Positions 6,446 to 17,895 are shown, numbered from the stretch's first letter. The stretch: DNA of 32,000 bases from Candidatus Nitrospira inopinata (GCF_001458695.1 NZ_LN885086.1:2640001-2672000), one strand, 5' to 3'. The notes: generated by a model not told the origin, from the sequence alone. Made by a program: numbers and translations.

Positions 6446-6901
6446 CTATCGCTTCTCAAAGGGCAATTCCGGACGCTGCGCGGCCGAGTAATAGACCCAG
6501 CGGCGCTCGTCGTTTTGGTCGAAACTGCCCACAAACACCACATTGCGATCCAAATGACGAAACTCCGAGAGCGTCGTGCGACAGTCTCGCGAATCGATGA
6601 CGCGGGCGTCATACTGTCCCACGACATAGACCATGCCCTTGGCGGCCAAATAGACATTGCGCCGTCCGGCATAGCCCGTGTCGGGAAACAGCTCCGTGGT
6701 GGTCGAACACCCGCCCGGTCCCGTGACCTTCATCGTGAGGTTGAATCGCTGCAAAAACAGATCGGTGGCGGTCCGCACAATCGTGAGCCGCAGGCCGGTC
6801 GTGGGAATATCGGCAGAGGCCGGCTCCGGCGCGCTGCTGTTGCACGCGCTCCACAGCAAACCCGCTCCGGTCAGGACCATGAGCCAGAGTCCGCGGCTCA
6901 C
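6446..6901 (-). CDS. Hypothetical lipoprotein
   Basis: 151 aa. N-terminal hydrophobic stretch LWLMVLTGAGLLWSAC with a lipobox-like L-W-S-A-C. GTG start overlaps the glcG-like stop (GTGA, 6898..6901). I recognise no family. Confidence 0.55.
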   Translation of the reverse strand: MSRGLWLMVLTGAGLLWSACNSSAPEPASADIPTTGLRLTIVRTATDLFLQRFNLTMKVTGPGGCSTTTELFPDTGYAGRRNVYLAAKGMVYVVGQYDARVIDSRDCRTTLSEFRHLDRNVVFVGSFDQNDERRWVYYSAAQRPELPFEKR

Positions 6902-7467
6902 TTGGGCACGGTGACCTTGGGCGCCGCGCCGATGGCGTCAAGCCCGCTCTGGGCGCAGGCGTCGTCCAGGTGGGCGCCAGGCGCTCCGCCGACACCGATT
7001 CCGCCCACGACTTCGCCTCCGATCTCGATCGGGAGCCCTCCGCCAAGAATCAGGATTTCCTGATTCATATCTCGCAACCCCTGAAGCGCCGGATTTTTAC
7101 TGATCAGGTCCGCTAATTCTGTGGTGGGCCGACGGACACTGGCCGCGGTGTAGGCTTTTTTCCGGCTACTGTCCACCGTGTGGGGTCCCGCCCCGTCGGC
7201 CCGCCCCATGGCACGCAGGACACCGGAGCGATCGACGACCGACACGCTCACTCGATACCCATCTTTTTTGCAGGATTCGATGGCTGCGGCAATGGCCTTG
7301 TTGGCGAGACTCAACGACAACACCGATTCTTTCGACAATTCTTGAGCCATGCCAGAGTGAGCGGCACCCACAGCAAACAGCAGGCAAGCCGTCACTCCAA
7401 CGGCAAGGCCTCTGCCATGCTGTTCTCTCCGTCTGCACTGGCTACACTGGGACCGGACCGTTTTCAT
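6898..7467 (-). CDS. GlcG/HbpS-like (DUF336) heme-binding protein with signal peptide
   Basis: 189 aa. ...VSVSVVDRSGVLRAMGRADGAGPHTVDSSRKKAYTAASVRRPT...GGLPIEIGGEVVGGIGVGGAPGAHLDDACA is the typical DUF336 core. Confidence 0.8.
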   Translation of the reverse strand: MKTVRSQCSQCRRREQHGRGLAVGVTACLLFAVGAAHSGMAQELSKESVLSLSLANKAIAAAIESCKKDGYRVSVSVVDRSGVLRAMGRADGAGPHTVDSSRKKAYTAASVRRPTTELADLISKNPALQGLRDMNQEILILGGGLPIEIGGEVVGGIGVGGAPGAHLDDACAQSGLDAIGAAPKVTVPK

Positions 7468-7551
7468 CGTTTTCCTCCTCGTGAACGTGGACGTCGGTAA
7501 AAGACTCTCTCGTGGTCGAGCCTACGAATGTCGATTGTGACTGTCAAGGGA

Positions 7552-9543
7552 TCAACGGCGCCGGCCGAGTTCTTCGATCAAGACCCGCAAGGGTTCGGCC
7601 ACCGACCAGGCTTGAGCCGGACAACCGCGCGGGTCGTGGGGAGGATCGCCGTCGAAAATTTCCGATACCTGCCCCACACAGGCTGCATGAAGATGAGCCT
7701 CCAAGCCTTTCAAAAACGATCGAGCTTTGGCTTTGCTTTTGGCGCTTCTGCCGAACACGTTGAGCCAAGCCGTCACAAAGGGCCCCAGCAGAAACGGCCA
7801 GACGGTTCCTTGGTGGTAGGCGCCGTCTCGCTCGACGACTCCTCCTGCGCAACGGGAGCGGTATCGGGGGTCCGCCGGTGAGAGGGTCCGGAGACCGATC
7901 GGCGTGAGAAGGTGATCCGTCACGACATTGAGGATTCGCTTGGCCTGCTCGTTGGGTATGACATCTGGACAAAGGGCTAAGACATACAGTTGGTTGGGGC
8001 GGATTGATGGGTCCGAGCCTTCCGGCCCGTCAACCACGTCATAGAGATAGCCTCCCGCTTCATACCAAAACTTTTGCCGGAAGGAATTAACCGCCAGTTC
8101 CCGTTCGCGCCGACAGCGAGCGGCATAGGCCGGCTCGCCGAACCGTTCCGCCAGCCGCCGACCAACATCCAGTGAGCGCATCCACAAGGCCTGGATCTCG
8201 ACCGGCTTTCCATGGCGAGGCGTGACCACCCAGTCTCCCACCTTGGCGTCCATCCAGGTTAGTTGGGCTCCGGGCATTCCGCCTGCGATGAGCCCGTCTC
8301 GGTCCCGATGAATCTGATAGCGAGTGCCGAGCCGGTAGCCATCCAAGATCTGTTTGACGGCTGGCCAGGCGATCGTTCGCACACGTGCTTCATCGTTTGA
8401 GGAGGCCAGATACCGATCCACGGCATCAATGAACCAGAGCGAGGCGTCGATGCTGTTGTATTCCGGCGTGTCACCGGCGTCGGGAAATCGATTGGGGATC
8501 AGCCCTTCTGCCACGTGGGTGGCATAGGATTCGATGATGTGCCAGGCCTGATCATGCCGTCCGGTGACGAGACAGAGTCCGGGCAGGGAAATGAAGGTGT
8601 CGCGTCCCCAATCGGTAAACCAAGGATAGCCGGCAATCACCGTATGGCCTGTTCCTCGTTCCACGATAAAGGCCTGCGAAGCGCGCCATAAATGGGAAGT
8701 CAAGTGATCAAACCGAGCCGCCTGCTCTGTCAGGTTGGCGCGCCTCTCTTTTTCCTGTCGTAGAAGCAAGATGGGATCCAGCGAATCACTCTGTTCGGTG
8801 GTCAGGATTAGGGTCTGGGGCCGCTCCGGCGTGACGGTGAACTCGAACTCCCCCGGCGACCACCAGTCTTCTTCATGGTCCAGTCCCCGTTCACGTTCAA
8901 CCGGGAATTGAACATGCCGAAACCAATCGGGGCCATGCTGATATGTTCCATCATAGAAAGCCCGGACGGCAGGAACGTCGGGATAGGGGCGCCAGGAGAC
9001 CCACCCGTTTCCCTCAGAAACAGTGGTGGACAGAGCAGGATTTTCGTGATGGGTGTGGTGATAGTCTCGGCCGCTCACCATCGGCCTGATGCGAAGCACG
9101 GCGGACTGTTGTGCTCCGGCAAGCAAGGTCCATCGCACCAAGACCAGATCGCGCCCGTGAACGCAGAGGATCTCTCGTTGGATGGAGACAGGCCCGCACT
9201 CGTAAGTCCAGGTCGGCCAGGGATCGGAAGAGAACCCCGTACAGAAAGCATAGCCGGTCGGGTGAACGGCTCCCGGATAGAGATTGGTTGAAAGAGGTAC
9301 GGGATGGCCATTGAGGTCGACCCATTCTTCGAGATGGTTGACGAGCACAAATCGCTCGATGGGAGGCCTGCGGGCGATCAACAGAAGAGCATGGTATCGC
9401 CTCGTGTTCGCACCGGCCACCGTGCCGGAAGCAAACCCGCCACGGCCGTTGGTCTCCAGCCATTCGAGGCGGAGGGCGCGATCAAGATCTTGGCACGTGG
9501 TGGCATCGATCGTCACTTCCTGCTGTTTCCGGTTTCGGTTCAC
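7552..9543 (-). CDS. Glycogen debranching enzyme / amylo-alpha-1,6-glucosidase family protein
   Basis: 663 aa. N-terminal LEWLETNGRGGFASGTVAGANTRRYHALL, central GYPWFTDWGRDTFISLPGL, C-terminal AYHQGTVWPFLLGPF. These are hallmarks of the bacterial/archaeal GDE family. Confidence 0.85.
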   Translation of the reverse strand: MNRNRKQQEVTIDATTCQDLDRALRLEWLETNGRGGFASGTVAGANTRRYHALLLIARRPPIERFVLVNHLEEWVDLNGHPVPLSTNLYPGAVHPTGYAFCTGFSSDPWPTWTYECGPVSIQREILCVHGRDLVLVRWTLLAGAQQSAVLRIRPMVSGRDYHHTHHENPALSTTVSEGNGWVSWRPYPDVPAVRAFYDGTYQHGPDWFRHVQFPVERERGLDHEEDWWSPGEFEFTVTPERPQTLILTTEQSDSLDPILLLRQEKERRANLTEQAARFDHLTSHLWRASQAFIVERGTGHTVIAGYPWFTDWGRDTFISLPGLCLVTGRHDQAWHIIESYATHVAEGLIPNRFPDAGDTPEYNSIDASLWFIDAVDRYLASSNDEARVRTIAWPAVKQILDGYRLGTRYQIHRDRDGLIAGGMPGAQLTWMDAKVGDWVVTPRHGKPVEIQALWMRSLDVGRRLAERFGEPAYAARCRRERELAVNSFRQKFWYEAGGYLYDVVDGPEGSDPSIRPNQLYVLALCPDVIPNEQAKRILNVVTDHLLTPIGLRTLSPADPRYRSRCAGGVVERDGAYHQGTVWPFLLGPFVTAWLNVFGRSAKSKAKARSFLKGLEAHLHAACVGQVSEIFDGDPPHDPRGCPAQAWSVAEPLRVLIEELGRRR

Positions 9544-9546
9544 CCC

Positions 9547-12228
9547 TCACTCTCCGCTCTGCTGAATCAGCTTAGCGACCAACGCCGTCCACCCGGTTTG
9601 ATGGCTGGCGCCGATCCCGGCGCCATTTTCACCGTGAAAGTATTCATAGAACAGAATCGTATCACGCCAGAGGGGATCTTCTTGAAACTTTCTTGTTCCT
9701 CCAAACACCGGGCGCCGACCGTCGGGGCCGCGCAGAAAAATGTGCACCAGTCGGCGGGACAGTTCCGCCGCCACGTGATCAAGCGAGGCCATCTGGCCCG
9801 ACCCGGCTGGATATTCGACCTTGTACTCGTCGCCCAGAAAATAATGAAACTTTTGCAACGACTCGATCAGGAGAAAATTGACCGGAAACCAGATGGGCCC
9901 TCGCCAATTGGAATTGCCTCCAAAGAGCGCCGTGGTCGATTCGGCCGGCTCATAGGCGACTCGATACTCGGTCCCCATCACCGAGAACGTGTAGGGATGG
10001 TCGAGATGGTAGCGGGAGAGCGCGCGGATGCCATAGGGTGAGAGGAATTCTCGTTCATCGAGCATGTAGCGCAACACCGATTTGAGCCTGGTGCGGTTGA
10101 CCAACGACAGGAACCGCCGGACTTCGCCGTTTTGCGATTGTGTCTCCACGTGAGAACTGAAGTCCGGTCGATTCTCGATGAACCATTGCATCCGATGTTT
10201 GAAGCGAGGGAGCTGATCGATCAGTTCCGAATTGAGCGTCTCCACGGCACAGAGCGGGATGAGGCCCACCAGAGACCGGATCTTGAGCGGCAGGGTCCGT
10301 CCGTCTGGAAGATGCAACACGTCGTAGAAAAACCCGTCTTCTTTGTCCCAAAGCTCGATCCTCTCCCCGCCGATATTGTTCATGGCCCGGCAGATGTAGA
10401 CGAAGTGCTCGAAGAACTTGCTCGCGACGTCTTCATAGGCGCGATTCTCGCGGGCCAGTTCGAGGGCGATTGAGAGCATGTTGAGGCAATACATGGCCAT
10501 CCAGCTTGTCGCGTCCGCCTGTTCGAGACGTCCGCCGGTCGGAAGCGGCTTGCTCCGATCGAACACCCCGATATTATCGAGTCCCAAAAATCCACCTTGG
10601 AAAATGTTCTTCCCGTCCGCGTCCTTGCGGTTGACCCACCACGTGAAGTTCAGCAGGAGCTTGTGAAACACCCGCTCAAGGAAGAGCCGATCGCCGATCC
10701 CTTTTCGTTTTTTCTCGATCTTGTACACGCGCCAAGCCGCCCACGCGTGCACCGGCGGATTGACGTCGCCCAGCGCCCATTCGTAGGCGGGAATCTGCCC
10801 GTTCGGATGCATGTACCACTCGCGGAGCATCAGAATGAGCTGTTCCTTGGCGAAAGTGGAATCGATGAGCGCCAACGGAATGCAGTGAAAGGCGAGGTCC
10901 CAGGCCGCGTACCAGGGATATTCCCACTTGTCCGGCATGGAAAGCACGTCGGCGTTGTAGAGATGGGTCCAATCGGCGTTGCGCCCTTTCAACCGTTCGC
11001 GTGGCGGCTCCGGCATGCCAGGGTCGCCTTTGAGCCAGCGGGTGAGGTCGTAGTAATAAAACTGCTTGGTCCATAAGAGGCCGGCGAAGGCCTGTCTCTG
11101 CACGAGCTTGGCATCTTCTGACAGATGAGCCGGCGCCAGGTCATGATAGAACTCATCTGCCTCTTTGATCCGTTGTGAAAACAGGTCATCGACAGCTTCC
11201 CGCGCCAGCGCTTCCGGATTTTCTTCGTTGGTAAAACGGAGATGAATCGTCTTCGAGGCGCCGGGATCGAGCGAGAATTCATAGTGAGCCGCGGCCTTTG
11301 ATCCCACCTTGGCCGGGTTGACCGCTTCCTTGTCGCCGTGAATGACGTAATCGTGAAAACTGTCTTTGACGTAACGAGCTCCATCCGGATCGCCATACAG
11401 TCGGCGAGTATTCGTTTCGTTCTCCGTGAACAGCAGGAGCGGCGCTCCTTCGCAATAAAGCAGCCTCCGACCGTAGTAATCGTGGTTCAACTCGATCACG
11501 CTGCCGTTCTGGATGCCCTTTCCCTCGCGCATTCTCGGCCTGCGGAGATCCAATCCCCAAGACCAAGTATTCCGAAACCACAGGGTCGGCAAAACCGTGA
11601 GCGGGGCCGGTTCGGGCCCTTGGTTTGTCACTCGGACGCGGATGAGCAGGTCCTCCGGCGTCGCCTTGGCGTACTCGACGAAGACGTCGAAATAGCGATT
11701 CTGATCAAAGACGCCCGTATCAATCAGCTCGTATTCCGAATCATGTTTGGTCCGCCGGCGATTTTCCTCCACCAATCGTCGGTAGGGAAATTCGGCCTGT
11801 GGATACCGATACAGATATTTCATGTACGTATGGGTCGGTGTCGAATCGAGATGGAAATAATATTCTTTGACGTCCTCGCCGTGATTGCCTTCATTGCCGG
11901 TCAAGCCGAACAATCGCTCTTTGAGAATCGGATCGCGTCCGTTCCATAGAGCGATGGCGAAGCAAATGTATTGATGACGATCGGAGATCCCGGCCAGCCC
12001 GTCCTCGTTCCAACGATAGGCTCTGGACCGGGCCTGGTCGTGCGGAAACGATTCCCAGGCGGTGCCGTCCGGACTGTAGTCCTCGCGCACGGTTCCCCAG
12101 GCCCGCTCGCTCAGGTAAGGCCCCCAGCGTTTCCAATGAACCTTACGGCGGGCGTCTTCTTCCAGACGCAAACATTCGGTCGGTTGCGGGAGAGCGGAAG
12201 ACTGAGGACGTTCAGAGGCCCCGGCCAT
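9547..12228 (-). CDS. GH63-like (MGH1-like) glucosidase
   Basis: 893 aa. Its stop is 3 nt before the start of the debranching-enzyme gene. Motifs such as [27 protein letters not shown] and [13 protein letters not shown] resemble the (alpha/alpha)6 barrel of GH63/GH37-type hydrolases. The assignment is from memory only. Confidence 0.65.
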   Translation of the reverse strand: MAGASERPQSSALPQPTECLRLEEDARRKVHWKRWGPYLSERAWGTVREDYSPDGTAWESFPHDQARSRAYRWNEDGLAGISDRHQYICFAIALWNGRDPILKERLFGLTGNEGNHGEDVKEYYFHLDSTPTHTYMKYLYRYPQAEFPYRRLVEENRRRTKHDSEYELIDTGVFDQNRYFDVFVEYAKATPEDLLIRVRVTNQGPEPAPLTVLPTLWFRNTWSWGLDLRRPRMREGKGIQNGSVIELNHDYYGRRLLYCEGAPLLLFTENETNTRRLYGDPDGARYVKDSFHDYVIHGDKEAVNPAKVGSKAAAHYEFSLDPGASKTIHLRFTNEENPEALAREAVDDLFSQRIKEADEFYHDLAPAHLSEDAKLVQRQAFAGLLWTKQFYYYDLTRWLKGDPGMPEPPRERLKGRNADWTHLYNADVLSMPDKWEYPWYAAWDLAFHCIPLALIDSTFAKEQLILMLREWYMHPNGQIPAYEWALGDVNPPVHAWAAWRVYKIEKKRKGIGDRLFLERVFHKLLLNFTWWVNRKDADGKNIFQGGFLGLDNIGVFDRSKPLPTGGRLEQADATSWMAMYCLNMLSIALELARENRAYEDVASKFFEHFVYICRAMNNIGGERIELWDKEDGFFYDVLHLPDGRTLPLKIRSLVGLIPLCAVETLNSELIDQLPRFKHRMQWFIENRPDFSSHVETQSQNGEVRRFLSLVNRTRLKSVLRYMLDEREFLSPYGIRALSRYHLDHPYTFSVMGTEYRVAYEPAESTTALFGGNSNWRGPIWFPVNFLLIESLQKFHYFLGDEYKVEYPAGSGQMASLDHVAAELSRRLVHIFLRGPDGRRPVFGGTRKFQEDPLWRDTILFYEYFHGENGAGIGASHQTGWTALVAKLIQQSGE

Positions 12229-12521
12229 AAGAAACTCTCCTCAGCGAGAGACTACACGGCTGTTTATGACAAGGCTGCCTTCATTCGGCATCCGGTCGCT
12301 GCTGCGCGCGAGTCGGCTTATGAACCATCGACCAATTTTCGGCATGAAACCGCCCCGATGACGCGCGGAGAGGCGGCGCGACGCGTCACTCTCGGCTCGA
12401 GAGCCATTGTCGGCAATTTTTCATAGCAGTCAAGAGGAACGTCCTGAAAGAACGGCGTCTCTCACCCGTCGAATGTGAGGAAACGGCCGCAAGAGGAGAG
12501 AGGACACCGTGCCGTGGTCGG

Positions 12522-12707
12522 CTAACTCCAGATGACCCGCTCTTGATTCAGCAAGTAGTCGATGACTTCAATGCTGTCGCGCATCTGAATTTGAGCCCGT
12601 TTGGACATGGGGATGACGGCTCCCACCAATTTACCGGATTCAATTTCATTCAAGGGAGGAAGATCCGCGCCCGGGCACTTTTCGAGATCGCTGCGAAAAC
12701 TTGCCAA
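12522..12707 (-). CDS. Small hypothetical protein (61 aa)
   Basis: TTG start at 12707 preceded by a perfect AGGAGG (12714..12719) with a 6-nt spacer. I recognise no family. Confidence 0.35.
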   Translation of the reverse strand: MASFRSDLEKCPGADLPPLNEIESGKLVGAVIPMSKRAQIQMRDSIEVIDYLLNQERVIWS

Positions 12708-12851
12708 GGGAAACCTCCTGGTTGATTCCTTATCGGCTTGCCGAAGGGATACTTAAGCCTTCCGTTCGGCGCGGAACCGTGCGCATCCGTGGAAAACATA
12801 GCACATGACCATTGACGGGGGGAGCAAAATCCATCGCGGTGCGTCGATCGA

Positions 12852-13883
12852 TTATCGCCGATGCGAGACCGAAGGCGAGACGGGAGGCAGAGCTCCAAGA
12901 TATGAAAAGCCTCCTCGGTCGAGAAGAGTCGTATCGGGAAGCAGTCGATAGTCGTCATGGTCGGCGTCCGCGAACCTCGGATCGGCGATGATGTCGGATT
13001 CGGGTTTCAAGTCCGGAGCGGCCTCACCGGGAGAGCCGGCCTTCATATAATTTCCTTCCTGATTGAACAGAGCATTGAACGACATCGTCGTTCGACTGGA
13101 CGGATGGACGATAAAGCCTATTTTATTGAAGGCGACGATGTTGCCGGACACGTCGTTTTGAGAAGAGCCCCAAAAGGCCGCCCCGCCTCCGTTCTTCACC
13201 AATGTGTTCCCGACGAGAGTCGCCGTCGCGCCGTCCTCCACCACGATGGCCTCGAACAGGTTGCGCACAATGACGTTCCGCTCGACCCTGACCCTGGACT
13301 TGCCGACCACGTTGACGCCGTGATCGTTGTCATGGATCACGTTTCCGATGAGCACCGCTTGAGAATCGGCCAATTGCACGCCCGTAGTTTCACTCCCCCC
13401 GATCACGCAGTTCTCGATGCGCAACTCCTTGACCTGCTGACTGAACAACAATCCTTTGACGTGAAGAGCGCGGAGAGTAACGCCTCCGGCGTTAAAAATC
13501 CCGACCGCGTGTCCCCCGTGATCGTGAATGGTCAGACCGGTAATTTCAATGTCGCTGGCGCCGTACGGCCACTTCCCGACGTGCAAAACTCCGACGTGCT
13601 CGCCGTGCCCGAGCAACGTCACTTGATCGGCTCCGGCACCGACCACCCTGATGCCCTCTTTGCTGTGAATCGTGACGTCTTGAGCATAAACGCCGGGCTT
13701 TACGAAGACGGTATCGCCCTTCCTGGCTTGATCGACTGCTTCTTGAAGGGAGACGAAGTCGCCGGTGCCGTCCAAGGCCACCACGAGCGTTTTCGGCGAA
13801 GAGCCGTCGGAGGCATCGGCTCGCGAAAGGGCGCCGACAACGACGGCTGTCCACAGCGCTACGACCAAGACGACATTTGCCAT
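12852..13883 (-). CDS. Secreted right-handed parallel beta-helix repeat protein (NosD/pectin-lyase-fold like)
   Basis: 343 aa. Signal peptide MANVVLVVALWTAVVVGALSRADA. Periodic roughly 22-residue repeats with N/G/V/I ladders (IENCVIGGS, LIGNVIHDNDHGVNV, VERNVIVRN, LVGNTLVKNGGG, VSGNIVAFN). Confidence 0.7.
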   Translation of the reverse strand: MANVVLVVALWTAVVVGALSRADASDGSSPKTLVVALDGTGDFVSLQEAVDQARKGDTVFVKPGVYAQDVTIHSKEGIRVVGAGADQVTLLGHGEHVGVLHVGKWPYGASDIEITGLTIHDHGGHAVGIFNAGGVTLRALHVKGLLFSQQVKELRIENCVIGGSETTGVQLADSQAVLIGNVIHDNDHGVNVVGKSRVRVERNVIVRNLFEAIVVEDGATATLVGNTLVKNGGGAAFWGSSQNDVSGNIVAFNKIGFIVHPSSRTTMSFNALFNQEGNYMKAGSPGEAAPDLKPESDIIADPRFADADHDDYRLLPDTTLLDRGGFSYLGALPPVSPSVSHRR

Positions 13884-14026
13884 ACGCCACCTTTTATCGG
13901 CCAGGACACCGGCAAGTCAACTGCGCCGCTCTCCGGTGGAACGTCCCTCATCCATGGCGTGGCAGCCTTCAGCGTTTGAGCGAGCGATCTCGACCCTGAA
14001 ACGAAACTTTGTGTATGCTCACGGAC

Positions 14027-14629
14027 ATGGTGCTTGTTGGATTGACCGGCGGCGTCGCGACCGGCAAGAGCACGGTGGCGTCGATGTTCAAACGATGCGG
14101 GGCGGTTATTATCGACGCCGATGCGCTGGCCCGCTCAGTCGTCGAACCGGGCAAACCGGCTTGGCGCGAGATCGTCAAATTGTTTGGACGAGGGGTGTTG
14201 AACCCGGATCGCACCATCAATCGCCGCGTGCTGGGCGGCATCGTGTTTCGCGATCCCGAACAACTCAGACGGCTTGAACGAATCGTGCATCCCCGCGTCT
14301 CCCGCGAACAACGACGGCTGCTTCGGTCGGCCTTCGCGCGGGACCCCCGCGCCGTGGTGGTGTATGACGTTCCGCTTCTGTTTGAAGCGGGAATTGAGCG
14401 AACGGTCGATCATATCATCGTCGTCAGCGCCGATCGCGATGCCCAAATCGCCCGTCTTCGGAAAAGGGACGGCCTCTCTCGGGCGGACGCCCTTCGACGC
14501 ATCAAGAGCCAAATGCCCCTTGCGGAAAAACGTCGCCTGGCCGATTTCGTGCTTGACGGAACGATGAGCAAACGCCGTCTGTTCCATCGGGTGAAGATGC
14601 TCTTCCAACGCTTTCGGACGGCTGCGTAA
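14027..14629 (+). CDS. coaE: Dephospho-CoA kinase
   Basis: MVLVGLTGGVATGKSTVASMF (P-loop), DADALAR, IVHPRV, VVYDVPLLFE. Start is uncertain: the tracked ORF starts at TTG 14009, and ATGs lie at 14015 and 14027. Confidence 0.85.
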   Translation: MVLVGLTGGVATGKSTVASMFKRCGAVIIDADALARSVVEPGKPAWREIVKLFGRGVLNPDRTINRRVLGGIVFRDPEQLRRLERIVHPRVSREQRRLLRSAFARDPRAVVVYDVPLLFEAGIERTVDHIIVVSADRDAQIARLRKRDGLSRADALRRIKSQMPLAEKRRLADFVLDGTMSKRRLFHRVKMLFQRFRTAA

Positions 14630-14657
14630 TCAAGCCCTCTTATGGTAGAGTGCCGCC

Positions 14658-15581
14658 ATGCGTCATGTAACGATCATCGGTTCCGGACCGGCCGGGCTCA
14701 CGGCCGCCATCTATACAGCCCGCGCCAATCTTTCTCCGTTGGTGATCGAAGGTTGGCAATCGGGAGGCCAACTGACGACCACCACCGAAGTGGAAAACTA
14801 CCCGGGTTTCGCCCAGGGCGTCATGGGTCCCGAGCTCATGAAAGACATGAGGCGACAGGCCGAGCGGTTCGGCGCGGAATTCATGACCGGCGACGTGTCC
14901 GCCGTAAACCTTCGCCGGCGTCCCTTCGAGATCACCGTTGACGGCGAACGAACGGTTTACGCATCGACCGTGATCATCGCGACCGGTGCCTCCCCGATCC
15001 AGCTTGGATTGCCCAATGAAAAGCGCCTGACCGGCCGAGGCGTGTCCACCTGCGCGACGTGCGACGGGTTCTTTTTCCGTGGCAAGGATCTGATCGTCGT
15101 CGGAGGGGGGGACAGCGCCATGGAAGAGGCGATCTTCCTGACGAAGTTCGCGACCACCGTTTCCATCGTCCACCGTCGGGATAAGTTGCGCGCGTCAAAG
15201 ATCATGCAGGATCGGGCGATGAAGAACGAAAAGATCCGCTTTCTCTGGAATTCAGTGGTCGAAGACATTGTGGGACAGCAAACCGTGACAGGCGTCCGGC
15301 TGAGAAACGTCGTCACCGGCTCCGTCTCGGAAATCGCCTGCGCCGGAGTCTTCGTTGCCATCGGACATCGACCGAACACCGCTTTGTTCGCCGGCCAACT
15401 TGAGATGGACGAGAGAGGCTATGTGCTCACCCACGATGGAACGGCCACCAGCGTCCCGGGCGTCTTCGCCGCCGGCGACGTGCAAGACAGCAAGTATCGG
15501 CAAGCCGTCACGGCCGCCGGTTCCGGCTGCATGGCCGCCATCGACGCCGAACGGTTTTTAGAAGCCTCGGAACACCGGTAA
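14658..15581 (+). CDS. trxB: Thioredoxin-disulfide reductase
   Basis: 307 aa. [14 protein letters not shown] (FAD), redox-active [18 protein letters not shown] (NADPH), GVFAAGDV. Confidence 0.92.
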   Translation: MRHVTIIGSGPAGLTAAIYTARANLSPLVIEGWQSGGQLTTTTEVENYPGFAQGVMGPELMKDMRRQAERFGAEFMTGDVSAVNLRRRPFEITVDGERTVYASTVIIATGASPIQLGLPNEKRLTGRGVSTCATCDGFFFRGKDLIVVGGGDSAMEEAIFLTKFATTVSIVHRRDKLRASKIMQDRAMKNEKIRFLWNSVVEDIVGQQTVTGVRLRNVVTGSVSEIACAGVFVAIGHRPNTALFAGQLEMDERGYVLTHDGTATSVPGVFAAGDVQDSKYRQAVTAAGSGCMAAIDAERFLEASEHR

Positions 15582-15632
15582 ATCGTTACGGGCGTTGGAA
15601 AAATCACCCTGCGGAGCCCGCCTTTCTCCACC

Positions 15633-16811
15633 ATGTACTGCGCGATTGTCCACTACCACGAGCTGGCCCTCAAGGGTCGCAATCGCGACTTCTTCGAGCG
15701 GCGGTTGGTCCGGAACGTTCATCTGGCCCTCAAAGATCTTGGAGAGATACGAGTCGAGCAACTTCACCGCCGGGTTCGCGTGGTATTTCAACCCGACGCA
15801 AAAGTCGACGTGATACGGGATCGGTTAACGCGCGTGTGCGGGGTGGCGAATTTTTTCATGGCTCGCGCGGTACCGCTCGACCTGGCCGAGCCTCGCCTTG
15901 ATAAGCTCAGCGAAGCCGTCATCGAGGAGATCCGAGCACAGCCGTTCTCCACGTTTCGCGTCACGGCCAAGCGAGCGGACAAACGATTATCCGTCACGTC
16001 CATGGACGTGGAGCGGGCCGTCGGCGCGGCGGTTTGTCGGGCGCTCGGCAAATCCGTGAGCCTGAAAAATCCCGATCAGACGATCTATATTGAACTGCTT
16101 TCCAAAGAAGCCTACGTCTCAACCGAGAAAATCGACGGGCCGGGCGGCATGCCGGTCGGAGTCAGCGGCAAGGTGGTCTGTCTGCTGTCGGGAGGGATCG
16201 ATTCGCCGGTCGCCGCCTATCGCATGATCAAGCGCGGTTGCCGCGCCGTCTTCGTTCACTTTTCTGGCCGGCCGCTGGTAAGCCGCGCCTCGGAAGAAAA
16301 GGCCCGTGATCTAGTGAAACTCTTGACCTCCTATCAATACAAATCGCGTCTCTACATCGTTCCCTTCGGAGAAATTCAGAGAGACATCGTGCTGAATACT
16401 CCGGCGCCGTTCCGCGTCGTGCTCTACCGCCGCATGATGCTGCGCATTGCCGAGCACATCGCCGAGAGGGAACGGTGTTGGGGGATGGTGACCGGCGACA
16501 GCCTCGGCCAAGTCGCGTCGCAGACTCCGGAAAACCTCTCTGTGATCGGAGAGGCCGCGACGTTGCCCATCCTTCGGCCGTTGATCGGGATGGATAAAAT
16601 TGAAATCACCGATGAGGCGAGGAAGTTGGGCACCTACGAGATTTCCATCGAGCCGGACCAGGACTGCTGCAAATTGTTCACTCCGCCCCATCCGAGCTTG
16701 AAAACTCGGCGTGACGTGCTTCAGAACGTTGAAAAGACATTGGACGTTCCCCATCTGATCCGGAAAGGAATCGAGAAAATCGAAGTGGAAGCATTCACGT
16801 TCCCCGCCTGA
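15633..16811 (+). CDS. thiI: tRNA 4-thiouridine(8) synthase ThiI (no rhodanese domain)
   Basis: 392 aa. HYHELALKGRNRDFFERRL (ferredoxin-like/THUMP N-terminus) and PP-loop LLSGGIDSPVAAY. Confidence 0.9.
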   Translation: MYCAIVHYHELALKGRNRDFFERRLVRNVHLALKDLGEIRVEQLHRRVRVVFQPDAKVDVIRDRLTRVCGVANFFMARAVPLDLAEPRLDKLSEAVIEEIRAQPFSTFRVTAKRADKRLSVTSMDVERAVGAAVCRALGKSVSLKNPDQTIYIELLSKEAYVSTEKIDGPGGMPVGVSGKVVCLLSGGIDSPVAAYRMIKRGCRAVFVHFSGRPLVSRASEEKARDLVKLLTSYQYKSRLYIVPFGEIQRDIVLNTPAPFRVVLYRRMMLRIAEHIAERERCWGMVTGDSLGQVASQTPENLSVIGEAATLPILRPLIGMDKIEITDEARKLGTYEISIEPDQDCCKLFTPPHPSLKTRRDVLQNVEKTLDVPHLIRKGIEKIEVEAFTFPA

Positions 16812-17628
16812 CGCCGTCGTCGGTATCGCAACAATAGACCACGGTCCAATCGGTCCCTTCAGCCGATACGGCCCCGACCCAACCGGGGTCAAGGCTTAGG
16901 AACCGAACGGATCCGACGGTCTCCGGCCCTTGCGCTGTTCCAGCGCTTTGCATCACCCATCGCGCCGTTCCATCCTCCGCCTCCGCCAAAGCAAGATGAT
17001 CGCGATGCAGCGGAAACTTGATGCCGGTGCCGTCCACCTTTGCCACTGCTTCCCGAGCCACCCACGTCATCAGAAATCGCTCGTGCATGCCTGCCGGTTC
17101 CCCCCTCTCGATAAAATCCTGATCATGCTTTGATAAAAACCGTCGAGCAAGGGTCAACACGTCCACCTCCGGTCGAACCTTTTCGAGATCGACCCCGACG
17201 TCGCGATCCCAGGCGACGGCGACGAGCGCTCTTTCATGGGAATGGGTCAGGCTGAAGCGAAGCGAGGGAGTGTCCCGCAAATACGGCTTGCCGGTGGCCG
17301 CCCTTTCAATCTTGAGATCGGCATGACAAGGGCGATATCGATTCAGAAGTTTCCATAAACCGGCATGGGCGGCGATAAACCACCGGCGATGGAGGTCCGA
17401 CACAAACCGATCGGCCCGTGCCCGTTCTTCGTCCGATAACGTGGACCTTGCGAGTGAAATCTCTTCCTCTCCGAGATCCAGGGTGAATCCCCAAACGTGG
17501 ACTTCGGCGTGAGCGATTCTATCCAAGAAAAGCGGCCCGTCATCGCCGCCCAGCCTGACGCGGTGAAATCGAAGCGGGCGATCGTCGGAACCGGGAAGAC
17601 CTTCCCATTGCAAAACGCCGTCTGGCAC
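16795..17628 (-). CDS. Sfp-type 4'-phosphopantetheinyl transferase
   Basis: VHVWGFTLD, FSLTHSHERALVAVA, VGVDLEKV (Mg-binding) and TWVAREAVAKVDG (W..KEA..K). The tracked ORF (to 17805) runs across the tRNA gene, so it is over-extended. I place the start at GTG 17628 as the longest non-overlapping option, but the true start may be further downstream. Confidence 0.7.
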   Translation of the reverse strand: MPDGVLQWEGLPGSDDRPLRFHRVRLGGDDGPLFLDRIAHAEVHVWGFTLDLGEEEISLARSTLSDEERARADRFVSDLHRRWFIAAHAGLWKLLNRYRPCHADLKIERAATGKPYLRDTPSLRFSLTHSHERALVAVAWDRDVGVDLEKVRPEVDVLTLARRFLSKHDQDFIERGEPAGMHERFLMTWVAREAVAKVDGTGIKFPLHRDHLALAEAEDGTARWVMQSAGTAQGPETVGSVRFLSLDPGWVGAVSAEGTDWTVVYCCDTDDGVRRGT

Positions 17629-17705
17629 GGTAAGCTCCTGCCGAATTCGTCGAGTCGTCCGCCTCGCCGGTTCACGATTCACACGCGGGCCAGTTCCATC
17701 CCATC

Positions 17706-17795
<90 letters not shown>

Positions 17796-17895
17796 TCTCC
17801 CTCACCGACCGGCCGTTCTCTCCTCATGATGGCGAGGCACACTCGCTCGGCCGGCAGGTTCCTTCTTCCTCCCAATCACCTCGCTGAGAGCCAAA

